Shown here: in pieces, positions 55,330 to 64,000 of the stretch
Position numbering within the stretch: the stretch's first letter is position 1
Layout of the letters: each line of letters opens with the position of its first letter
Notes under the pieces: generated by a model
Databases searched by the model: none
Told to the model about the DNA's origin: nothing
Seen by the model: the letters and a program-made list of their open reading frames with translations, nothing else
Origin: Eledone cirrhosa
Lineage: Eukaryota
Reading direction: 5' to 3'
Length of the DNA stretch: 64,000 nucleotides
Assembly: GCA_964016885.1 (NCBI GenBank)
Contig: OZ024743.1
Coordinates: 302,622,001-302,686,000 of the forward strand
Position numbers and translations under genes: made by a program

Positions 55330-56232
55330 TTATAGAAAGCCATATCTTGTGTATAAACATATAAAACAGAAATTTGCAAACGGTGGTGTAAAAAGGTAAC
55401 ATTGTATGCATTTAAAAAAAGAAAAAGTCGTTTTCAAACGATGGTTACAGTATAGTGAACGTTCAAGTTTGCTGTTCAAAAGTTTGTTTACCGACATTAA
55501 AATGCAGTATATCTCCAAATTGCATAATTTACAGAATAGATTATTTTCCTTATATGCAGGCGCAGCGTCAATACTTTGCCAATCAAGGGAGAATGCTTGA
55601 TTGTTCCTCCGGAGCTGCCAGGCTTTATCGGCGAGGGTTGTTACGGAGCGCATTTTCTCGTGCCTGATCGAAGATCGATGTTGGTAAAGGCGAGCTTTGA
55701 AAGATGTTGCGGTACATCCGACGTAATACCATTTGTTGGTTCCGGAATGTATTGTACATCGGTAGACAATATTGCGTGCTAGGTACTGGTTATTCAGTGG
55801 GCTCGTACCTGGTTTGGTGCAGTTACAATAATTTTTATGTTTTGCAGTAGTATCCTGGATAGTTTGGTGGGGTTGTAGTTGCGTGTTAGTGCGTTGTATG
55901 TTGCTATGCTGGTGCGTTGAGTCGTTAGGGATGTACTTATTTAGTATTGCTGAGTTGAGTTTTTTAATTAGTTGTTCTATGTTAGGTGAAGTGGAGTATG
56001 AGAGTCTAATGGTGCGCGAGTTAAAGATGTTATAGTATTTATGTGAAGTTGTAAAGTGTTTATTGATTAGTGTATAGAATTGTGAGATAATCTTAGTCCT
56101 AATAGAAATATTGTACACGGGGTTATACCATATGTACTCTCTACGTCTGACTCTATTTGCTGGTTTGCACCTATTAGTATGCCTATTGATGTGTGGTGCA
56201 ATACTAGTTCGACTTAGATGTGTTTTATTCAT
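55330..56232 (-). CDS. PLE linker + GIY-YIG endonuclease
   Basis: IWYNPVY, CNC, IVYRC, YYVGCTATSFKARLYQH, CKLCNLE, LLNSKLE, CNHR. Confidence 0.9.
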   Translation of the reverse strand: MNKTHLSRTSIAPHINRHTNRCKPANRVRRREYIWYNPVYNISIRTKIISQFYTLINKHFTTSHKYYNIFNSRTIRLSYSTSPNIEQLIKKLNSAILNKYIPNDSTHQHSNIQRTNTQLQPHQTIQDTTAKHKNYCNCTKPGTSPLNNQYLARNIVYRCTIHSGTNKWYYVGCTATSFKARLYQHRSSIRHEKMRSVTTLADKAWQLRRNNQAFSLDWQSIDAAPAYKENNLFCKLCNLEIYCILMSVNKLLNSKLERSLYCNHRLKTTFSFFKCIQCYLFTPPFANFCFICLYTRYGFL

Positions 56233-56316
56233 AGTACTTATGTGGTTATCGTCTAGATATTCTATTTTTTCGCAGTAACCAGCTTTACTAAGTGCATCAT
56301 TATAATATTCAGAATG

Positions 56317-57221
56317 CTAGTTGAAGGTCTGCAAATTAGACGACAGTCGGGAGATCCTTATGGATATATTTTTAGGGATAGATTTAATAATGGAATGGGG
56401 ATGGTTCGATTTTACATTAACGTACTTGAGATTTTCATTAAGTTTGTTAAATGGCTCTATATTACCGTTATTAAGGTTGAAGGTGACATCCAAGAAGTTG
56501 ACCACCTTAAGATTGTGTTCGAAGGTAATATTAAGCCCAAGTTCTAAGAAAAGCTTCCTAATATTTTTACGTCGCCTTTCTAGGTTTAGTTTGTCCATAT
56601 TCTTGACTAATAGAAGTGTGTCGTCGCGGTATATTCCGCCGTGGAGGTCCGTAAATTCGCTCTGGAGTCTGTGGGCTAAATAGATCCCAACCAGATCCGT
56701 GATCTCCGCCGAATCATTAGAACCCATCGTAATGTCGAATTCCGAGGGTCTATCTCTGCGGACCCAATAACTATTTTCAAAATGCACTACTGTGCGTCTA
56801 GCTTCAAGAATAATATTAATTTCCTCGTTTGTGAGGTCCGAGTTAGTCTTAGCGAATGAGAGGGCCTTATGCAGGGTTTCGGGTGAAATAGAGGAATAGT
56901 ATTCATCTATATCGAATTGAATAAAAGAAGATTTGTTTTTGTCCCTAATGTTATTGAACCAGCTTATTGCCTGTTGAGTATTACCCCATAATTTAATATC
57001 TACCTTAGCCTTAACTTGGGGGATAATACGATCTAATATGTACTTATTGATTCTACCTATATCGGATTTTGAAGGACATATTAATCTAATTTTAGGGTTA
57101 GTATCGAAGTTATCCTTATGGTCCTTCAGATTAAAAGTCGGTGTAGCTGGAGATAGGGGTACCGTTCTGTCGTCAATTTTCAGTTTCTTAACAATATCAC
57201 ATGCTGCGTTATTAATGTTGG
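56317..57221 (-). CDS. PLE reverse transcriptase (5'-truncated, YRDD intact)
   Basis: LKDHKDNF..NPKIRLICPSKSDIG, FIQFDIDEYYSSI, FDITMGSNDSAE, GGIYRDD, NFLDVTFNL, SNHP. Confidence 0.92.
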
Positions 57222-57235
57222 TCATTCCAATACAA

Positions 57236-57352
57236 AGGTCTGACGACATGGTGTGTTTGCTTTCAGTGTACCTTCGGTTTATGATAATAATTTTATATTA
57301 TTCAAATAGCGAGGTATAGGTAACCCATACACTATAGAAACAATTGTTAACT
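57236..57352 (+). ncRNA. Hammerhead with about 90-nt stem II, inverted pLTR copy (family E)
   Basis: AGGT CTGACGA C ATGGTGTG...TGTACCTT...GAGGTATA...TACACTAT A GAAA CAATTG TT AACT. Consensus stem I AGGT/ACCT from the two copies. Confidence 0.7.
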
Positions 57353-57506
57353 AATAAATTCTTTATACCCGCATTTCCGTTTCATAAACTTCTTCTCTAT
57401 ATTTTCTCCGGATTTTAAAACACACTTTATTATACGTTGAGCAATCTCCGACGTCGGTTGACTCCATCTTATGCAACTACTTAGTAACATTGGAATACAA
57501 ATTTAC

Positions 57507-57583
<77 letters not shown>

Positions 57584-57639
57584 GGAAAAATTGAAACGAA
57601 ATTTCATTTTCCACTCTTAGTACGGCTGTTACTTATATA

Positions 57640-58124
57640 TAATATGTACACGTACATACATATATGTATACAGACGCACAGTAGTATGTATATATATATA
57701 CATACATGCACGCATATATATATATGTACGTATGGATTCACCGAACATTTATTATAATGCTCGGTGTGTTTGTAAACAAACATCCCGTATTAAGCGGTAG
57801 TGTCTAGCAACCATCGTTGCTTGTTTGTTCAACACTGACAAAGGAACGCTGTACTAGTTTCAAGCTTATTAGCTATCATCAGCAACGTATACCTTCCTGC
57901 CAGATTATTGAACGTGTATACTTACCTTATGCATAATAACGGCTGAGTAGCCCAATTTGCATATCGAGTGGGTTAATCGGCCGGGTGCATATTGTTTACA
58001 AACACACCGAGCATTATAATAAATGTTCGGTGAATCCATACGTACATATATATGTGTGCATGTATGTATATATGTATACATACTACTGTACGTCTGTATA
58101 CATATATGTATGTACGTGTACATA

Positions 58125-58130
<6 letters not shown>
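57640..58130. repeat. Fold-back element (about 140-bp arms) with a canonical hammerhead in the spacer
   Basis: 57640-57780 is inverted to about 57992-58130. Confidence 0.8.
57847..57887 (-). ncRNA. Canonical minimal type I hammerhead (family F)
   Basis: CGTTG CTGATGA T AGCT-AATA-AGCT T GAAA CTAG TA CAGCG; palindromic stem III ACTAGT; extension GGAA/TTCC across a bulge. Confidence 0.88.
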
Positions 58131-58199
<69 letters not shown>

Positions 58200-58264
58200 A
58201 AGAGAGAAGAAACATTTAGATATAATTAGTAATAAAATGTATCATACCTAAACTGCTCCTAGAT

Positions 58265-58354
58265 TCCTCGACTACGTAGTTTCGTGGCATAAACAAAAAC
58301 AATACATAATAAAGATATAGAGTCCTTGCGAGGTCTGCCGACTTATCAAGAGGA
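58265..58354 (-). ncRNA. Hammerhead, U3-A8 core, long stem II (family G, left arm)
   Basis: TCCTC TTGATAA GTCGGCA...TGCCAC GAAA CTACGTAG TC GAGGA. Confidence 0.85.
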
Positions 58355-58789
58355 TACCTCATTTTACTAGCTTCAAGAACGCGTCTACTCGACGTGAGAA
58401 AGAATCCCAAAAGGCGGAGGGGGAGCTAGTCACGCGATATAACGGTCGAGAAACAGAGCTAAGCCTCTTATAACCCCGAAGAAAATACCACGGAGGCGGA
58501 GGGGGTATTTATATCGAAGCCGTAGAAGAGGTGGTGAAGGAGGGGAGAAGTATGAGTAATGGCAGCTTTCCAGCAGTCACCACACTTCAAAGATTACTCG
58601 ACCAGAGGGAGTTATTAACAATATATTTAGAAACACACAGATACATGCGGACACACACATATACATGAATGCATCCACACCCAACCGTGAGTTAATAGTG
58701 CCAACCTCACCGATGTTGCTCAATGAATGACTGGGACAGACCAATCCGTTTGAATTAGACTGAACCAGTATCAGAGTTAAAATGTGGTA

Positions 58790-58879
58790 TCCTCTTGATA
58801 AGTCGGCAGACCTCGCAAGGAATCAATATCTTTATGATGTATTGTTTTTGTTTATGCCACGAAACTACGTAGTCGAGGA
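58790..58879 (+). ncRNA. Hammerhead, U3-A8 core, long stem II (family G, right arm)
   Basis: TCCTC TTGATAA GTCGGCA...TGCCAC GAAA CTACGTAG TC GAGGA; palindromic stem III ACTACGTAGT. Confidence 0.85.
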
Positions 58880-58953
58880 ATCTAGGAGCAGTTTAGGTAT
58901 GATACATTTTATTACTAATTATATCTAAATGTTTCTTCTCTCTTCATAATGTA

Positions 58954-58984
<31 letters not shown>

Positions 58985-59120
58985 AATAGAAAGTGAGGGT
59001 TTTTTTACAAAATGAAAAATAACTGAGGTGTCCAACACTATTGAAAGTATAAAGAAAAAAAGATGTAATCGAAAATGCAACTGAGAAGTGAGAAAAACTA
59101 TATACCCTCCATCTCAACTC

Positions 59121-59160
59121 TACTTTTGAAAAGCAGAAGAACTGCGAAAGAGGTAAAGTA
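59121..59160 (+). ncRNA. Minimal hammerhead, U3-A8 core (family D), in a small fold-back PLE 3'-end fragment (58987-59225)
   Basis: TACTT TTGAAAA GCAG-AAGAA-CTGC GAAA GAGG TA AAGTA; homologous to 16822-16860. Confidence 0.7.
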
Positions 59161-59230
59161 ACCAAATAATATATATATTTTTTTAAAAATAATATACCAG
59201 TTGCATTTTCGATTTCATCTTTCTCTCTCA

Positions 59231-59297
<67 letters not shown>

Positions 59298-59655
59298 CAG
59301 AGGCATGTACTGAATTTGCGAGACACGCTATGTTCTGGCAACATGTCCGTTATATATTCGCACAATATCCAGGTTTTTAATATACTTAGAAGTGACCAGG
59401 GTACTAATAATTCTTCACCAGCTGACGAGCTAGATTTTGGAATTAAAATTTTGGAATCAAAACTGTCCGGGTGATTAGTAGCTTCCACGATTCTTGTTTG
59501 TATTAACTCTTCTTGATTTATTCTTAAATTAAGTCTGGCGAACCTTATTGTCTGTAGTTGGTATTCTTTTCACCTTAGCGAATCTGGTCCCTTACGATTT
59601 GAACACATATATGTATATGTATGTGTTCGTGCTTCTTTTTTCTTTTTTTGTTCAG

Positions 59656-59737
<82 letters not shown>

Positions 59738-59739
59738 TT

Positions 59740-60900
59740 ACAGTAATCAAAGTTCAGTTTAAGTCATTTATTTGCTTACAATTGTTTCCTCCAAACCGAG
59801 GTTTGGATTCTTCGGAGCAACTATTTATAACATACTTGACCTCCTTTTCAACCCAAGAGACACATAAAACATATGCGCATATTGATCAACAGTGGGGTGA
59901 CATTCATCAAATGAAACAGCATGGCAATTTACATATAAAGTGTTACATGATAAAAATAAAAATAAAATAAAATAAAAGCAAGAGTGAAAATAAAGATAAA
60001 CATGAAGCGTTGGCAGTCTATGAAGATAAAGCAAGAGGAAAGCTTAGAGTAGTCAGTGCATGAAGCAATCTCCCGTGTGGCATGCACGCTTGTCTTATTT
60101 ATACATGATTAGAGTGCGTCAGAATGATATTTGCAGGGTCAGGCAGTTGAAGCAGGCAATCGATCTTATAATATATGCTGAATTATTAAGTCATTAATTC
60201 TCATACATCTGTATGATATACAGTCTCGGATGCGGGGAAACACCAAAATATCAAAAACCTTCAACATACTATAAACCTTATTGTATCGTAGGCAAGGTCG
60301 TACCACTGTCCTTGCTCACACCACCACTCACATAATCCATGAGACGCAATATATACATAGAGAACACGCGTCTATCGTATAATTCGCAGTGGTTCAGCCT
60401 ATAGTCAAGCTATAAACGGTATCCAGTCGGTTCTTAATTAATATATCATGCTGTCCAAATTCCGGAAGTGCCTGAATGATTAAGGGGAATTAATGCGTAA
60501 GGGGAGGTAACTAGCTAGTTATTTTAGTTACATTACTATGCTAAACTACATTAATGGTGAATCAAATACGTGCCTATCATGTGAAGTTATAACTAATATC
60601 TAGAGTATGGTACCCATTTATAAGTTAGAGAGTTGTTCATTAAGAGGTACAAGGGTGTATATACTAGGATGATTGCCAACCAATAATTAAGGGGTGTCAT
60701 ATCTGAACGTTCTATAAGAGGAGTCGGACTCTCAAGTCACTGCTCCATGCAAATGTAATACAACAGTAGGACCTGGTATGGTCCCACTATTATATATGCC
60801 ACCCGGTAGGCTCCGGGTCATTGCTTGCCTGCATCTCCAGTAAATCTTCGGTATGGTCCGGAGATCCGATCTCTCATATAAACGCACTAGTCTGGCCAAT
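59740..60900 (-). mobile_element. 3' UTR-only copy of a family-B-related PLE
   Basis: Shares the HHR end and an internal block (TTCCGGAAGTG...TAAGGGG..TTAATG...AGGGGAGG.AACT) with 10576-11800. Confidence 0.75.
59772..59820 (-). ncRNA. Hammerhead, U4C core (family B), best-paired copy
   Basis: TTGCT CCGAAGA A TCCAAACC-TC-GGTTTGGA G GAAA CAATTG TA AGCAA. Confidence 0.8.
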
Positions 60901-61299
60901 ATATATATGTATATGCATGCATTTATGGGCAGGCATTGATGTTATTGTATGTGTGGATGTAGATGTTTATATCTGTGCATATGCATGTGCATATACTTTG
61001 TATCTGTACATGTTTATGTGCAGTTATTAGATGAATAATTTCTTGAATGCTATGCGTATATTTACTTTACCATTAATGGATTGTACTTATTATTCTCAAA
61101 CCAGTCGTGTTCTTTTTGTTTCTGATCTTATTCGTTTAATCGGATGTAATATTCCTTGGTTACACATTCCGTATTACAGATACCATTATATATTATGTTC
61201 TCATCTGTCTCCATGTATCTGTAGCAGTCCTCATCAGATTTCGGTGAAACAGTTAGGCTATCGATGACAACGTTGCTAGATTGGGTTGTAGTTCATCCC

Positions 61300-61600
61300 C
61301 GCTTTACATTCATATATGGACATTTATCTTAGCCCAACTCCATTCCTGTATCCTTTGAGAATGTTGTAACAAGGCCCAGATTTTTCATCATCCCATCTAT
61401 GTTCTTGGCATAGAGTTTCAGTTCATCGACGAAGAAATAATGGGTGAGGTTCGTATTTCTGTCCTCCTGTGAACCAATGATGTACCCTTCAAATTTCTTG
61501 AGAAGAAAGTACAAGGGGTTTAATGACCGGATAAGTATTATCACAGAGAGAATGTAGTCTTGAAATATACCATTGTGATATTCTATTATATCAATGAAAA
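61300..61600 (-). mobile_element. R4/Dong-like non-LTR RT fragment
   Basis: LNPL..LL...GY, LTHYFFVDELKLYAK...FSKDTGMELG resembles the F.DDLKLY...FS.DIGM.FG signature. Confidence 0.65.
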
Positions 61601-61642
61601 TATAGTCTTCCTTCTCTATTTTTAACTTTAGGATAGTAGGTA

Positions 61643-61673
<31 letters not shown>

Positions 61674-61688
61674 TGTATGTATGTATGT

Positions 61689-62257
61689 ATGTATGTATGT
61701 ATGTATGTCTGTCTCATGGCGACTAAACTGGCAACCCCATCAAGGTTTCTTGGTGAGGAGGGTGACTTTGGACATCCTGCAGGACTAAAAACAAAACCTG
61801 TAAAAGGTCAAAGGAGCTCTTAAGTGTCAATGGCCATCCAAAATCACCGGGAGAGATGACCCCTTAGCCTTTGTCAAGGAAGAATTCTAGGAGAAGGAAA
61901 ACTCAGATATAACACCTGCAACCCTGATGGTTTCCAATGATGTTGACTTGTTCTTCTTTTTGGTAAATATCATCTTGGTTAAGAGAGTGGGACTGGCTTT
62001 GTGCAGTGCCTTTGCTCACTATAAAAGCTTCACGGCACAGGCATTGCTTTATATTTGGAGATCTCTGCACTTGTCATCACATGGTACCATGGGCCCAGCA
62101 CTATGTGTCAATAATTGTCACAAGTGTATTGTTTGTACCAGAGTTTTCAAGTCGCTGGCTGGACTAAAAAGTTACACTCGTTCAGCGCATCGGTAGAGGT
62201 TATCCTACATGGATATAAAGTAGTGGCCGTACTCGAAAACGAGTTGGCAGCCACCAT
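61689..62257 (+). mobile_element. Short non-autonomous RTE derivative (5' UTR fused to C-terminal Zn-finger/3' end) inside (ATGT)n
   Basis: CTAGGAGAAGGAAAACTC RTE-5'UTR-like motif; HKCIVCTRVFKSLAGLKSYTR; (ATGT)n on both sides. Confidence 0.6.
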
Positions 62258-62514
62258 GTATGTATGTATGCATGTATGTATGTATGTATGTATGTATGTA
62301 TGTATGTATGTATGTATGTATGTACGTATGTATGTGTGTATGCATGTATCTATGTATGTATGCATGCATGTATCTACGTATGCGTGTGTGGATGTGTGTG
62401 TGAAGTATAAGCCAGTAGAGAAGAGGAGGGTGTCCTCAATGCGTATTATTAACAATTGTAGATCAATAAATATATCTATTACACAATTTGTTCCTGTATC
62501 TTCTAACAATATTT

Positions 62515-62617
<103 letters not shown>

Positions 62618-62939
62618 TTATTTATATATTTATTTATTTATATATTGCTCTTTTTCGCTGTTATTTTACTGTTTTCTCTTTTCTTCCCTTTTGCTTTCCC
62701 TACCTCCCTCCTCCGTTTTCCCAATAACATATCCAGTTATTGACGCCCTGGCGCGAGATATATTGTGTTTCAAGCGTAGAAATATCCGTGACCCCCAGTA
62801 GACAACTGATGAGGAACACACCCCAACCTCCCCGTTCTTGCTTTCTTCGTATTCCCACTGCATTTTAAGTTACCTTAAATAGCAACTATAAACCATTACT
62901 ATTCTCTCTCTCTCTCTATATATATTTATATCACTCTCG

Positions 62940-62971
<32 letters not shown>

Positions 62972-63142
62972 TTATATATATATATATATATTTCATACTC
63001 TATATATATGTCAGTGTATATGTGTATATTTATGTGTGTATGTATGTACGTATTTGGACGAGTGGCCGTACGTATGTATGCGTATGTTCGTGTGTACGTG
63101 CGTTTACATGTATATTCTTATGTGTGTATGTGTGCGTATATT

Positions 63143-63226
<84 letters not shown>

Positions 63227-63286
63227 CATGTGTGTATGTATATGTATGTGTATGTATATATGTATATATGTATATATCTGTATATA

Positions 63287-63790
63287 TAAGGCTATCTTTG
63301 ACAGGGCGGCACCCTACTATAACACGGCGTTCGCTTACAGCGGCTTCTCACAACCTATCACCTACTCTCCCACTAGCAACAACACCATACAAAAAGTAAG
63401 CGCATCAATAGACAAACTATCTGGTTCTCTCCTCCCTTCTCACTCAACGTTAAATCTAAAGTAGGAACATTTCTCGACCTCTTAGATAGACACTTCCCCA
63501 TAGGTCATACATACCGCTCTATCTTTAACCGACACAAAGTTAAACTAGGATACTCCTGCACAAAGAACATGAAGGCCCACATCACCAGCAGCCCTAGGAG
63601 CAACACCCCACCAGGGTGCTCTTGCCGTAAGCCTGAAGCTTGCCCCACTTCAACCACAATGCAACACACCAGCTGTAATCTATGAAGCTGTCGTCATTTC
63701 CAACCGAGCAAACAAACCGCAGGAGGTCAAATTCTATGTGGGCATGGTGGAGGGCCGATTCAAGGAGCGTTTCCTGAACCACCAGTCCTT
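63287..63790 (+). mobile_element. Penelope-like fragment (linker + start of GIY-YIG)
   Basis: AAPYYNTAFAYSGF, LDRHFP..H.YRSIFNRHKVKLGYSC, KFYVGMVEGRFKERFLNH. Confidence 0.85.
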
Positions 63791-64000
63791 TGGTTCGCTA
63801 AGGCTAACTCCGACATTACGGATGATGAAATTAGTATTATTATGGAAAAATATTGTTAAATTTGATGATAGCTACTGGCTTCGCAAATATAGACTTTCTG
63901 ATTTTTATATAACTATGGGTTCCAATGATTCGGCGGAGGTAACTAATCATGTGGGAATTTATATCACCCACAGACTACAAGGAAAATTCAAAGATCTCGA
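63791..64000 (+). mobile_element. PLE RT fragment related to 56317-57221 (runs off the window)
   Basis: AKANSDITDDEISII...DFYITMGSNDSAEVT. Confidence 0.8.

Larger units (their letters stand above)
54831..57397 (-). mobile_element. Penelope-like element (RT + GIY-YIG) with about 176-bp inverted pLTRs
   Basis: ORFs 56317-57249 and 55330-56232. 54831-55006 is the reverse complement of 57222-57397. Confidence 0.93.
58200..58944. mobile_element. ORF-less element with about 158-bp inverted terminal repeats, each containing a U3-A8 hammerhead
   Basis: 58200-58358 is the reverse complement of 58786-58944 (near-identical); bounded by (TA)n. Confidence 0.85.

Noticed and set aside
61225-61262. CTGATGAGG on the minus strand next to GAAA
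   Set aside because: Motif order and stems do not fit any hammerhead permutation.
62800-62845. CTGATGAGGAAC...GTTCT
   Set aside because: No GAAA follows the putative stem II.

Overview
AT-rich eukaryotic DNA full of (TA)n microsatellites, with no host gene I can support. The tRNA-derived SINEs and LINE tails resemble those of octopod cephalopods (inference). The window is almost entirely retroelement debris: many Penelope-like elements (PLEs; RT + GIY-YIG), RTE, L1/Tx1, CR1/L2-type and R4/Dong-type LINE pieces, and SINEs. The hidden signal, read by hand on both strands, is about 20 type-I hammerhead ribozyme (HHR) motifs from roughly 10 unrelated sequence families. They sit at PLE 3' ends, in inverted (fold-back) pLTR copies and in ORF-less elements. 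Three unrelated families carry the compensatory U3-A8 core, others carry U4A or U4C, and several have 60-100 nt stem II expansions. Two non-coding direct-repeat elements (628-bp unit at 8114-9463; about 698-bp unit at 27598-28686) have one HHR per unit. This is retrozyme-like architecture and predicts self-excising RNAs of about 628 and 697 nt that could circularise. All RNA structures were derived by eye and are untested.
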